A stretch of DNA of 64,000 bases from Octopus bimaculoides (lineage: Eukaryota). The notes under the pieces were generated by a model. That model was not told the DNA's origin, did no database searches, and saw only the letters and a program-made list of their open reading frames with translations. Positions 11,888 to 24,134 of this stretch are shown one piece after another. The position numbers and the translations under genes were made by a program. Each line of letters starts with the position of its first letter. Position 1 is the first letter of the stretch. The DNA lies in NCBI RefSeq assembly GCF_001194135.2, contig NC_068985.1:20513477-20577476 (forward strand). The letters are read 5' to 3'.

Positions 11888-12571
11888 ATGCATGTGTGTG
11901 CACACACGTGTGTGTATGTATGTATATGTGCTGATGCATGAAAATATGTCTGCATAAAAATTTTATTTTCTGTATAAAATTTACTAAAAGACTCAAGACT
12001 CAAACTTTCATATAGACAAATTAGAAAAGAAGAGAAAAAAATGCAATATGTCAAATCTATTCACTTTGAATGCTATTATATATTTTCTCCTTCTTGAATG
12101 ATGCATTTATTTTTCAGAGAAATATTGCATTTTTTTCTTTTTTTTTTTTTTTCCTTTTATTTTACATGATATTCTTCACAGAAATAATCATGTCAAAATT
12201 TGTTTACTGAAAAGTTAAAGTTAACAATGGTCAAGTTTGTCATGCCAATATCAATAGAAATTGGATATTTACAAAGGTCATGTAGGAAAATTTCTTCAGA
12301 TGTTATTACATTGGATTGATTTCTTCCAAATATCTTATTATCTAAACAGCCTCCAGGTTGATATCTAAGAAATTAAACATTTCAAACAGACACACTCATT
12401 CAAAATCGTGATATCAGATAATGACATTATAGAATCATATAATTTTACATATACATACATAGTAGTGTATGTAATACTTATTTTATACAAAGTAAGAAAT
12501 AATATTTTCTGCCTTTACCATCATTTTGAAGAACCACTTTTATTTCTTTGTATAATCAAAATATATTTTAA

Positions 12572-13246
12572 CCCTTTTGTATTTAAACTAACTATATCTG
12601 ACCCAAATATTCTACCTGTTTTATTTTCAAACAAACCAGCTAGATCCTGCTTTTTAAACCTATTGTACAATGTCATTCTAAAGATAAAGTCACTTTGTTA
12701 AAATCTTGATGTTATGAAATCATGCATGATTAATTCAAAATATGTATAAAAATTGTTATTTCTAAATCTCTCAACGAGAGGCATTCAGTAACAATACTTT
12801 CAAGTAAACATTATTGGCCAACATACTGTGGCTATATAACACACAATCTGTGTCCTTATATTTTCAAACAGGGGTGTTTAGCACCCCAACTTAGCACAGA
12901 ACAATATCTATGAACAGTGGTTTCTGGGTAATTTCCTTTCTTCAGCACAGGAAATTCCCATTCGAAAATATATACAATTTTCAAAGTGACACACAGTCAC
13001 TGATCTAATAAATAGAAAAATTATTATTTCGAAATCTCTCAACGAGAGACATTCAGTAACAATACTCTAAAGTACACAGATTGTGTGTCACATAGCCAGC
13101 TGGAGACGATGTTTCCTGGGGCTAAATAACAGTAACATTGATTCCAACTGGGACTGCCACATTATGTTGGCAAATAATCTCTACTAATTCAAATAATATA
13201 ATTAAATAAGCATTACATGTGACAGAGTAATCTGAATGCTAAAAAG
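12572..13246. mobile_element. Possible piggyBac-like non-autonomous element with an internal ~60 bp direct repeat
   Basis: TTAA at 12568-12571 and 13247-13250, degenerate TIRs (CCCTTTTGTATTT / GAATGCTAAAAAG), and internal direct repeat AAATCTCTCAACGAGAG(G/A)CATTCAGTAACAATACT near 12765 and 13033. Confidence 0.45.
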
Positions 13247-13484
13247 TTAATATATAATACAAGTCCTGAATGTATCTTGGTGCTTTTCTTCAACTTCATT
13301 AGTAGGAAAATAATTATTTCAGATTTTGTGCAAGGCCAGCATTTCTAGGGGTGGGATTCAGCCAGCTCACTGCATTGAACAGTAGAAAAATAATAATGTT
13401 TAAAAGTGAAAAATGCCACAATTAAGAAATTAAACAAATGCGTTTTAGTGTTCCAATACAGTCAGGGAAATACAATCACATATA

Positions 13485-13800
13485 TCATCATCATCATCAT
13501 CATCATTTGGCATCTGTTTTCCATGTTGGCAAGAATTAGATGGTTTAACTGGAAGTGGTAAGTCAGAGAGCTGTACTAGATTCCAGTCTGATTTTGCTTG
13601 GTTTCTTCAACTGAATGCCCTTCCTAACACCAATCACTCCAAGAGTTTTGTGGGTGCCTTTTTATGTGTCACCAGTGCTTGCCATGACTATGATTTCACT
13701 TGGCTTGATGTGTCTTCTCAAGCACAGCAGATCACCAAAGGTCTTGATCACTTATCACCTCTGTGCAACCTAACATTCAAAGATCATGCTTCACCACCTC
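13485..13800 (-). mobile_element. SINE family C, diverged, with RTE-like extension
   Basis: (CAT)n tail and GAATGCCCTTCCTAACACCAATCAC core. The downstream block is shared with 5345-5640. Confidence 0.6.
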
Positions 13801-14462
13801 AAAAACTGTATTATGTAATTGATAACTAGCAACAGTTAATTTCGTGTGACTCAACCAATCTTGTCATGATTATTCATCTCTATAGTGACCACCCTGTCTA
13901 AAAGTCTATGACTCTATTTTAGGGATGGTAGAAAGTTTGTTGTAGGAAACACTGGCAACAATACCGTACATATTCAGCAAAGGAAGGATACATTGAAAAA
14001 TGGATTCCTTGACATATGAAAAGGCAAGATAGTCATGGATGGAAAGCCTTGGATTCATAAGTTTACTCAAACATACCAGACCCCAAAAATACAACAAACA
14101 ATTTAGCTTACTGGTTTCACAAAAAGTATAAGAAAAATGCAAATCTATTACACTGTAAACTTTAAAATTAACATCTCATTATGTATATAAACTATTAATT
14201 CATTCTATCTACAACTCCTTGTAACTAATGAAACATTCAGCACTAAGAACTGCCAAACATACAAAAGAAAGAAATCAATAAAATTCCATACTTTATTCTT
14301 ATTTTGGTGTGCGTACTTGTCAATGTCAAATTTGCCCTCAAAACATTACAAAATATTCAATGTATGTCTGAAAATTAAATTACAGCAAAAATACAATTTC
14401 GATTTTTTGTATGTGTATTTCGTGTGCAAGATTCTTGATGTGGATACGTGTGTTGAAAGAAA

Positions 14463-14762
14463 TACAATTAAACCTTGGGAGAGGCATTATGCCGGTAATA
14501 AACACACGCACTGGTTCAGTCCTTTATTAATTTATATAGTTTTTTTGTTAAATTATTTCATTGCACTCTTGCAATCTCTTCAGTAACTTGTCTCTCCACT
14601 TCCATTTATTTTGAATGTCAATGGAAGTGGAGAGACAAGTTACTGAAGAGATTGCAAGTGTGCAATGAAATAATTTAACAAAAAACTATATAAATTAATA
14701 AAGGACTGAACCAGTGCGTGTGTTTATTACCGGCATAATGCCTCTCCCAAGGTTTAATTGTA
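14463..14762. repeat. Foldback inverted repeat (144/143 bp arms, 13 nt loop) with a hammerhead motif in each arm
   Basis: Arms differ by one substitution and one 1-nt indel. Hammerhead-like GTTA-CTGAAGA-G-ATTGCA(agtg)TGCAAT-GAAA-TAATT-TAAC at 14639-14679 (+) and 14547-14587 (-). Confidence 0.9.
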
Positions 14763-15584
14763 CAATTTCGATTTTTGCACAATTTAAAGTTTCAGTTAAA
14801 ATTGTTGGAAATGACTTCTAAATATATTTGGTGACATCAGTTATTTCAGGTTCTTTTCAGAGTCGTAATGCAACACAGAAAACTTCAGAAATTTGTCTGT
14901 ATCAGAAAGGAAAAGTTAAAATTGATATACTTACATTTATTGTAGTATCACAGCTTCTATATAGTGATCTCTGTGTAATTTCTTCAAACCATAGCGAGGG
15001 ACATTCCACAGTTGAATTAGAACAGTCACAAACAGTGAAAGAAGACATGCACCCAACACCAGAGCTGAAGACACCTCCGAAAGGGGGTGGCCCCGCCACG
15101 TCAAAACGGTAGAGGAGTAGGGGCCGAAACCGGACGTGGTTCCTCCTGATGATGTCTTGAACTAACTGGATCCTATAAAGGAGCTGTTGTGGTAGCAGAC
15201 CACGAAACATGGTTGAAATTCCTCCAGCTAGAAGTATTAGTACAAAGACATTCTCAACTTGTAGACTATATATATACTTACATATCAACTTAAAGGATAA
15301 AGATATTACAATGGATATTACAATGGACAATACCAAGTGGACTCCCACTTTTTATCTCCCATGTTTCTCTCTCTTTTACTTTTTTCTTGGTGACTTCTTC
15401 TTTGTGATATAATACTTGGGAAAGAATATATTTGTGGCTGAAGATAGCTTTATACCATCCTGTCTATCAATTATATACCAATATAATGATGGAACGACTA
15501 TAAAGCTTGAAACACGTGTACCGCGGAATCCTTTGTGTTCTGTTTTTATTTTTACGTTTTTAATTTATATATTTACATATATGA

Positions 15585-15775
15585 CACGTAAAAGCACCCA
15601 CTACACTTTCTGAGTGGTTGGAGTTAGGAAGGGCATCCAGCTGTAGAAACTCTGCCAAATTAGATTGGAGCCTGGTGTAGCCATCCGGTTGCACCAGTCC
15701 TCAGTCAAATCGCCCAACCCATGCTAGCATGGAAAGTGGACGTTAAACGATGATGATGATGATGATGATGATGAT
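15585..15775 (+). mobile_element. SINE family C (RTE-type 3' tail, (GAT)n end, Meta-domain-like core), 5'-truncated
   Basis: GGTTGG(A)GTTAGGAAGGGCATCCAGCTGTAGAAAC core and GGACGTTAAACGATGATGATG tail. About ten copies in the window. The MetaSINE assignment is from memory. Confidence 0.75.
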
Positions 15776-16476
15776 AGAATATCATGAACTTTTTATATGT
15801 ATAATGCTCAATGCAATACAACTTTCCAGAAAGGTTTAAAAGAGGGGCAGAGAGCAGACATATAAGTCAAGTGAAGAAAGACAGCAATGAAGGCTAGGAG
15901 TATGTTCACAGTATACAGAATAAGACATAAGAATAAAGATGTGTGAACATTAGATGAGTCATAACGAATAAGAATCATGAGCACGTTAGGAGTAGTGTTA
16001 ATGAAATTCAGGTAGCATGGGGTCTTTGAAGGATGCGGTCTCCTGACAGTTAAAAAGTGACATGGCAGTGTGTGTGTGTGTGTGTGTGTGCATATATGAA
16101 CATATTATATGATGGACACTCCTGTCAAAGACGACATATGACTGTTCAGCTTTTGCTGAGCAATCTGCTCAAATGATTTGTTTATATTATTTACATTATT
16201 TACATTGGATGGTATAGACCAGTATGATTTGTTTATAGTGATCATATTACATGGTAAGTTTCCAACTTGTAGAAAAGCACTCAATCAGCTAAGAGAGTAA
16301 GGATAATGTAATAAAAACCACAAATCTTGTCAACTGCAGCTACCCAGGGTAACAATCTTGTTCTCAACTTTGAAAATGATGAAATAAATTCTTTTGACTC
16401 AGAACTCCTGGGTAGCTGTATTTAACGAGACTTGTAGTTTTTATTATAGCATTACATACATACATGTGTGTATGTG

Positions 16477-16521
<45 letters not shown>

Positions 16522-16640
16522 NNNNNNNNNNNNNNNNNNNNNNNNNNNNNNNNNNNNNNNNNNNNNNNNNNNNNNNNNNNNNNNNNNNNNNNNNNNNNNN
16601 NNNNNNNNNNNNNNNNNNNNNNNNNNNNNNNNNNNNNNNN
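16522..16640. other. Assembly gap (N run)
   Basis: Run of n flanked by (TG)n and (AT)n. Confidence 1.
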
Positions 16641-16641
16641 G

Positions 16642-16675
<34 letters not shown>

Positions 16676-16684
16676 AAATAAATG

Positions 16685-16925
16685 CACCCTTTTAAAGCCT
16701 AGTCAGACTCATGGGCCTGGTTTCCTGGTTTCAATGGCATATGTATTCCCCAGCTGGATGGGACGCCAGTCCATCACAGCATTACTCATTTTTGCTGGCT
16801 GAGTGGACTGGAGCAACGTGAAATGAAGTGTTTTGCTCAAGAACACAACGCATCACCTGGTCCAGGAATCGAAACCACAATCATACGATCATGATGTTGA
16901 CACCCTAACCACTAAGCCACGTGCC
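16685..16925 (-). mobile_element. tRNA-derived SINE, family D
   Basis: Minus-strand head AGGCACGTGGCTTAGTGGTTAGGG (A box) and GGTTTCGATTCC (B box). Related copy at 23100-23392. Confidence 0.7.
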
Positions 16926-17649
16926 TATATGTGTATATATATATATATATATATTTGTGGATTAACAATAGTACCAATGGTATCATGTGAAAAAATTTTG
17001 AATTTTTCAGCATTCCACTTAAGAATATTGGTAGTCTGTCTCCAGATGCACTGGCTTGTATCATCAGTAATGTTTCTGGAGGTATTAAGGGATTTGGCAT
17101 CTCTCAACATCAGACTCCCTTGCTCTGTTAACCCAATACAATTAAGCACCAATACAATTAAGAATGAATGCAAAATACTTCTAAATGAATTGAAAATTGC
17201 CGCTTATTTGGAGAAAGCAAGCAAAAACTTAGCGGTAGCTGTTTCAGTCTCTTAAAAATAAGAGGCAAAAAATTTCTAAATACTTAGAATCATTTTCACT
17301 GCCAATTGACTTTTCATGCTCAAAGAAAAAAATCTGGTCTATGTTAGCAGGCAAAGTGACAGTTGCAGACATGTTGCACTGTCTAGAATGTCAGTTTAAA
17401 TCATCTGTATAAGATTTTGCAAGTAGGAAACGAGTTTTAAATATTTTTGACCAATACAATTTGCATAATTACAAAAACAGAGCTAAGGGAAATAACTTAA
17501 ATAGGACAGCAAAGTGAATTTGAATGATTTGGGTGGCTGATGATGTACACAAATAAATTTTTGATGAGCTGAAATTTGCCTTTCAGTTGTAGAAAGGAAA
17601 CAAAAATTTAGCTGTAATTGTTAGTATCTCACACAGAAAATTGAAGAAT

Positions 17650-17910
17650 CATCATCATCATCATTGTTGTCATCGTTTAACATCCACTTTCCATGCTGGC
17701 ATGGGTTGGACGGTTTGACTGAGGACTGGCAAGCCAGGAGGCTGCACCATGCTCCAATCTAATCTGGCAAGGTTTCTACAGCGGGATGCCCTTCCTTTTG
17801 TCAACCACTCCGAGAGTGTTGTGGGTACTTTTTACGTGCCACCAGCATGGGGACCAGTCAGGTAGCACTGGCATTGACCATACTCAAATGGTGCTTTTTA
17901 CTTGCCAATT
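17650..17910 (-). mobile_element. SINE family C
   Basis: (CAT)n-CGTTTAACATCCACTTTCCATGC...GGATGCCCTTCC, the reverse complement of the plus copies. Confidence 0.75.
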
Positions 17911-18171
17911 TCAAGAAATTAAAAATCAATTTCACAGAATTTGAGTTTCCATTTTTAGGGGGAAAATCTTATAACTGTAAGCAGGTGAGTTCAAAGCTAT
18001 GAACACATTTCAGCATTATCAGACCTTATCAAAAATGCAAGCCTATGATTGGGAGACAATTTAGTTAAACAATTTGAGTCTGGCTGGAAAAGAAGGGCAC
18101 AAATAGGGAAGAATTGGAAGCACACTGTGACCATTGGTGAATAACAACATTGAATAGTCTGGTCAATACAT

Positions 18172-18222
<51 letters not shown>

Positions 18223-18261
18223 GTAGCTGTAATCAAAAAATATAACATTTATATATATGCC

Positions 18262-18600
18262 AGATCTGGCTGATTGGCTCCCGTGCCGGTGGCATGTCAA
18301 AAGTACTATCTGAATGTGATCAATGCCAGGGCCGTCTGACTGGCTCCCATGCTGGTGGCACATTAAAAGCACCATCCAAACATGGCCAATACTTGTACCC
18401 GCTGACTGGCTTCCATGCTGGTGGCACATAAAAAGCACCCACTACACTCTCAGAGTGGTTGGCGATAGGAAGGACATCCAGCTGTAGATACATTGCCACA
18501 TCAGATTGTAGCCTGGTGCAGCCACTGGCTCTCCAGACCTCAATCAAACCATCCAACCCATACCAGCATGGAAAACGGACGTTAAACTATGATGATGATA
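18262..18600 (+). mobile_element. SINE family C with ~55-60 bp internally repeated 5' blocks
   Basis: CTGGCTCCCATGCTGGTGGCACAT-like block repeated three times, then the core and (GAT)n tail. Confidence 0.7.
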
Positions 18601-19522
18601 TATATATATATAGATGTGTATGTATGTATGTATTTACAGGTTTATAATTCTAGCTTACAGCTTTCTGTCGATCCAAATTTCATGTTCTTGTCTCCTAAAA
18701 TAGTCAGTGTTTATAAATTTTGTTGTCACTTTTGCTGACTTCTACTTTGATTTCCATAACAAGATGCTGCTCTTAACTTCACATGGTAGCTCTACTTTAA
18801 TTTGGAAAATAAATATTTTTCTTGTGACAACATTAGAAATTTTTTCTGATCTCTTGTTTTTGATATCTGTTGTTTTGACGAGGATGAGATATTTTTCTTC
18901 ATTGCAGATTTCATAGTAATTTTTGTGAGGTGAAATTGTCATTGAAATGAAATGTAAATCCAATGATATTAAAGTTGTCCACATTATGGATATTTAATAC
19001 TATGTATAGGTTGATTGTAATGTTTAATGATAATATGTTTCTTTTTTGTAAACTTCAGTGATGTATTTATGGTTTAAGTTCAGGCTCTTGAAGCTACATC
19101 ACCCATTTTGACATATGTTCTTGGGTGTTGTGTATCTCCTGGGCTCTCTATTTCCAGATTCTGTTACATCTCAGTCAAGCATAAATTATAATTTCCTTCC
19201 ATATTACTTTATGGGATGCCTCTGTCTTGGAAATCCTTGTTACAAAAGTGTGTACATATCCTCTTAGTTTTTAAATGAATTGGGACAGAGAGGTACAGTT
19301 CTCTTTGTCTCATGATCTTAATTATTGTATATGTTGGTTAATTTAATTTTAAAAGTGTTGCTATGCTTCCCATCTAATTTCTCTAAATACAATAAGCATT
19401 TTGTTCTATATATCATGGTGCAAAGAGATATGATGCTCTTAGTGAGCAGGATTCACAAGCTGGTTGTTGGGGAAAGGGTAGATTGGATGTGTGTCGTAGA
19501 TCATGGAAGCAATTTTATGCAG

Positions 19523-19565
<43 letters not shown>

Positions 19566-19778
19566 ATATGAGGGATATAAACAATATGGAACATACACAC
19601 ATAAGGTATGTGTTTTGGTAGTTCATGAGCAGGCTGTGCTTATAGGCATAAGAGAAAATATTCTTACTCCTATAAGCACAGCCTACCCATGAACTAGTAA
19701 AGCACATACCTTGTATAAATGTGTTTGATATTATTTATATATATACACACACACACGTATATATGCACACATATATGT

Positions 19779-19825
<47 letters not shown>

Positions 19826-19862
19826 GGTTTGGAAGTGATGTACAGGTATTATATATTAGAAA

Positions 19863-20010
19863 AAATAATGTACTCAGAGATCTGGATGGATGTACATTTA
19901 CAGATTTTTATTAATATGTCACATGGCTAATATATGATTTATAAAAACATGTAACATATTAATAAAAATTTGTAAATGTACAACCATCCAGATCTCTGAG
20001 TACCTTATTT
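19863..20010. repeat. Small foldback (about 60 bp arms, about 22 nt spacer), MITE-like
   Basis: GTACTCAGAGATCTGGATGG...GTCACATG pairs with CATGTAAC...CCATCCAGATCTCTGAGTAC and abuts an assembly gap. Confidence 0.75.
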
Positions 20011-20013
20011 CTT

Positions 20014-20615
20014 NNNNNNNNNNNNNNNNNNNNNNNNNNNNNNNNNNNNNNNNNNNNNNNNNNNNNNNNNNNNNNNNNNNNNNNNNNNNNNNNNNNNNNN
20101 NNNNNNNNNNNNNNNNNNNNNNNNNNNNNNNNNNNNNNNNNNNNNNNNNNNNNNNNNNNNNNNNNNNNNNNNNNNNNNNNNNNNNNNNNNNNNNNNNNNN
20201 NNNNNNNNNNNNNNNNNNNNNNNNNNNNNNNNNNNNNNNNNNNNNNNNNNNNNNNNNNNNNNNNNNNNNNNNNNNNNNNNNNNNNNNNNNNNNNNNNNNN
20301 NNNNNNNNNNNNNNNNNNNNNNNNNNNNNNNNNNNNNNNNNNNNNNNNNNNNNNNNNNNNNNNNNNNNNNNNNNNNNNNNNNNNNNNNNNNNNNNNNNNN
20401 NNNNNNNNNNNNNNNNNNNNNNNNNNNNNNNNNNNNNNNNNNNNNNNNNNNNNNNNNNNNNNNNNNNNNNNNNNNNNNNNNNNNNNNNNNNNNNNNNNNN
20501 NNNNNNNNNNNNNNNNNNNNNNNNNNNNNNNNNNNNNNNNNNNNNNNNNNNNNNNNNNNNNNNNNNNNNNNNNNNNNNNNNNNNNNNNNNNNNNNNNNNN
20601 NNNNNNNNNNNNNNN
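20014..20615. other. Assembly gap (N run)
   Basis: Run of n. Confidence 1.
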
Positions 20616-20722
20616 ATATATATATATATAGTTTATGCAGCTATGTGAAACCAGTTGGCTGTTCTACCACACAGCCCTTGTTATTACTGTAGTTTAGCAT
20701 GTGGCATACTGTATAATTTCAG

Positions 20723-20767
20723 CTCCTCTCAAGATGAAGAATCCCCTCCTGTAGTGGTGGGATCAAG
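20723..20767 (+). CDS. Candidate short symmetric exon (45 nt, phase 2/2): SSQDEESPPVVVGS
   Basis: ATAATTTCAG acceptor and AAG|GTTTGT donor. Only the phase-2 frame is stop-free. Confidence 0.55.
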
Positions 20768-21467
20768 GTTTGTAAAAGATTCTCAGTCTTCAGTTTATTG
20801 TAGTTGTAGAGGTATTAGTCTTTCTGATAGTGACTTAGATACAATGCTATTGAACAATGAAACTTCGTTTTCAGCTTCTGTTACTCTGTATGATATTAAA
20901 AGTGTTCATTACTAACAATAATCATTTTTTTTTGTTTGTTTTAACATTCACTTTTCCATGCCTGCATGGATCTGATGAAACTTGTTCTGGCATATTTTTC
21001 TACAACTAGGTGCTCTTCCTGTTACCAATGTTTATCAAAGCCCATATTAGTCCTTTTTCAGATTTACAGCCCTTCTATGCTTGTAGCTTGTGATGTGGCA
21101 TAGATTACTGAGTCCACATCTCATTTATATGTCCTGGTTTTGGCATGATTTCTGCAACAGAATGCCCTTCCTTTCATCATCCGCTTTACAGAATATATTG
21201 AGTGCACCATACATCATTAACATCAACACACACAAGTACAAGAAACCTTGTCTCATGTGAGGAGGATGGAAGAGATCTATCTACCCTATGTCACTTCTTA
21301 ATCGTTTATAGATTTTATTTATTCTGTGATGCAGAAACTTAAAAGTGCACAATTCAACTTTCTAGTAGAAGTATGTGTAGTCTGATCTATGTTTATTTAT
21401 GTGAGATAAAAAGAGAATATAATCCCTGCTTATCATACACATAAATACATACACATATGCTGTATGT

Positions 21468-21509
<42 letters not shown>

Positions 21510-21519
21510 ATTTCGAGCG

Positions 21520-21700
21520 TGGCCGTTTATGTGCGGGTGACACGTAAAAGCACCCACTACACTCTCTGAGTGGTTGGCGTTAGGAAGGGCATCCAGCTGT
21601 AGAAACTCTGCCAAATTAGATTGGAACCTGGTGTTGCCATCCGGTTTCACCAGTCCTCAGTCAAATCGTCCAACCCATGAAAGCGGACGTTAAACGACGA
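21520..21700 (+). mobile_element. SINE family C
   Basis: Highly similar to 15585-15775. Confidence 0.75.
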
Positions 21701-21841
21701 TATAATATACATATATATTGTATATATACATAATGTATATATTATATATATATGCATATATATGTATACATATGTATATATATATATATAAATGTATACA
21801 TATGTATGTATATATGTGTGTGTATATATATATATATAAAA

Positions 21842-21894
<53 letters not shown>

Positions 21895-22447
21895 TACATA
21901 CATACATACATACATACACATATATATATAATTGCATAATAAGTTTTGTCCGATTTACAACATTTATTTAAAAGTACTAACATGACATTTAATACCATAA
22001 ATTTAATCATCTGTATAATTTCCTCAATTTTCTATTACTTCTCTCCATCTGTTCTTAAGTTAGTGAATACTTGAGATGAAAAATTCTTTGGATTTTGAAT
22101 TAAATGTTTATTTCATTCATTTTCTATATTTTCCCTGCTAGCTGTATTTCCCCTCTAAATTGCTTTGCAAAGTGGAAATCTTATAAAGCAAGATCTGAAT
22201 AATATAGAGAATATAGTTTCCCCCCCCCCCATCTGAATGATTCCATAACACTTTTAGTGATTTGTGCACTTTGTGATCAAGTATTATCTTAATGAAAGAT
22301 AACTTCCCTGTGGTTTATTAAGGCAGGATATTTTCTAACCATTACAACCTTTAGACAATAAACTTGTTGATATTAGAATTCAGAAGTGGGTTGTATGATG
22401 TGGCACCAAATGCTTACAATGAATAATTCCTTCCATATCGAATCAGA

Positions 22448-22550
22448 CACACACTTGCAAACACGCACATAAACACACACACACTTGCAAACACGCACAT
22501 AAACACACACACACTTGCAAACACGCACATAAACACACACACACACACAC
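22448..22550. repeat. 30-bp tandem repeat x3 derived from a CA microsatellite
   Basis: ACACACACACTTGCAAACACGCACATAAAC repeated. Confidence 0.85.
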
Positions 22551-22829
22551 ATACTTGTATGTGTTGTTTTAAAATTCCTAGTTAACTTGTATATAATTTA
22601 ATAACACATGACAGTATGTAAATCTGCCAGCCTCTCCAAGGTGATTCATGACCATCACATACGAAGTATCTTTATTTCAAGGTGGATGAAGATGTTATAT
22701 ATTTCTTCTCTTCATCAATTTCCATTTTAGTTTTCTGGAAACACGTGCTTTGAATTATTTTTCACAATTATTTTTCTTATGCTTGTGTCTTTCCAAGAAT
22801 TACTAACTGCTCTTCTGTTGCTGCTGTTG

Positions 22830-22838
22830 ATACTACTA

Positions 22839-22891
<53 letters not shown>

Positions 22892-22900
22892 ACTACTACT
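22830..22900. repeat. Compound (CTA)n(CTG)n(CTA)n microsatellite
   Basis: Directly visible; explains the poly-Leu ORF. Confidence 0.95.
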
Positions 22901-23099
22901 AAATTTACTGACATTTTATACTTTTATAAATTTTTTGACAGTGGGCAGCCTTTTGAAATTGCCCATTACTACCTCTGTTATTACTGTTGAGGAATTCGGT
23001 ATGGGAAGACAATAATACAAAAGTGCCGCTGTCACTTTGACGGCGTTCACTGATCTCTCACTCAATAATAATAATAATAATAATGATAAGAAGAAGAAG

Positions 23100-23392
23100 A
23101 ACGACGGACTCTCCCGTCAGAGATGACATATGAGTGTTTAGCTTTTGTCAAATGACCTGCACAAATGATTTGTCTATTGTGATCAAGTGTTTGTGCCACA
23201 CATTAGCTCACTCTCTCCATCAAACTGATGTTGTCTGAACAGGTGCACAGTGTACCACATGTCAGATGTCGAAGTGATCGCAGAGCAGTGTGTGATGAGG
23301 TGTTTTGCTCAAGAACACAATGCATTCTAGGAATCAAAATCATGGTTGCTAGATTGTGAGTGCAACACTCTAACCACTAAGCTATGTACCTT
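23100..23392 (-). mobile_element. tRNA-derived SINE, family D-related
   Basis: GTGTTTTGCTCAAGAACACAATGC...AACCACTAAGC shared with 16685-16925. Confidence 0.6.
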
Positions 23393-23393
23393 C

Positions 23394-23451
<58 letters not shown>

Positions 23452-23454
23452 AAT

Positions 23455-23731
23455 AATCATCATCATCATCATCGTTTAACGTCTGCTTTCCACGCTGGTA
23501 TGGGTTTGACGGTTTGACTGGGGACTGCTGAGCCAGATGGTTGCACCAGGCTCCAATCTGATCTGGCAGAGTTTCTACAGCTGGATGCCCTTCCTAATGC
23601 CAACCACTCCAAGAGTGTATTGAGTGCTTTTATGTGCCACCGGCATGAGGGCCAGTCAGGCGGTTCTGGCAACAGCTACACTCAAATAGTGTTTTTACAT
23701 GTCACCTGCACAGGAGCCAGTCCGGCGGCAC
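23455..23731 (-). mobile_element. SINE family C
   Basis: (CAT)n-CGTTTAACGTCTGCTTTCCACGC...CTGGATGCCCTTCCTAATGCCAACC. Confidence 0.75.
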
Positions 23732-23752
23732 AATAATAATAATAATAATAAT

Positions 23753-24040
23753 AAAGTTTTGAACGGTACAACAATGCACTATAATACAAAAAATGGACTA
23801 TATACCTGTTGTAATTTAGTTATCTATAGTCTGATGATATTTCGAAATACAATTCCTTCTTCAGATATTCTTAGATAGAGTCGCTGCTATAATCAGTTTT
23901 TTATAGCAGCAACTCCATCTAAGAATATCTGAAGAAGGAATTGTATTCTGAAATATCATCGGACTATAGATAACTAAATTACAACAGGTATATAGTCCAT
24001 ATTTTGTATTATAGTGCATTGTTGTACCATTCAAAACTTT
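23753..24040. repeat. Foldback inverted repeat (140 bp arms, 8 nt loop) with a degenerate hammerhead core
   Basis: 7 mismatches in 140 bp by manual comparison. CTGAAGA-AGGA(attgta)TTCT-GAAA-TATC at 23929-23957. Confidence 0.9.
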
Positions 24041-24091
24041 TTATTCTTTACAAACAATGCACAATGCTTCAAGCAAACTACAATACTCTCC

Positions 24092-24132
<41 letters not shown>

Positions 24133-24134
<2 letters not shown>

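Noticed and set aside
16239-16253. 15-nt phase-2/2 micro-exon candidate (TTATAG / ATG|GTAAGT)
   Set aside because: It lies in a decayed SINE segment (ATGATTTGTTTATAGTGATCA, homologous to about 23165), so the splice-like signals are probably repeat-derived.
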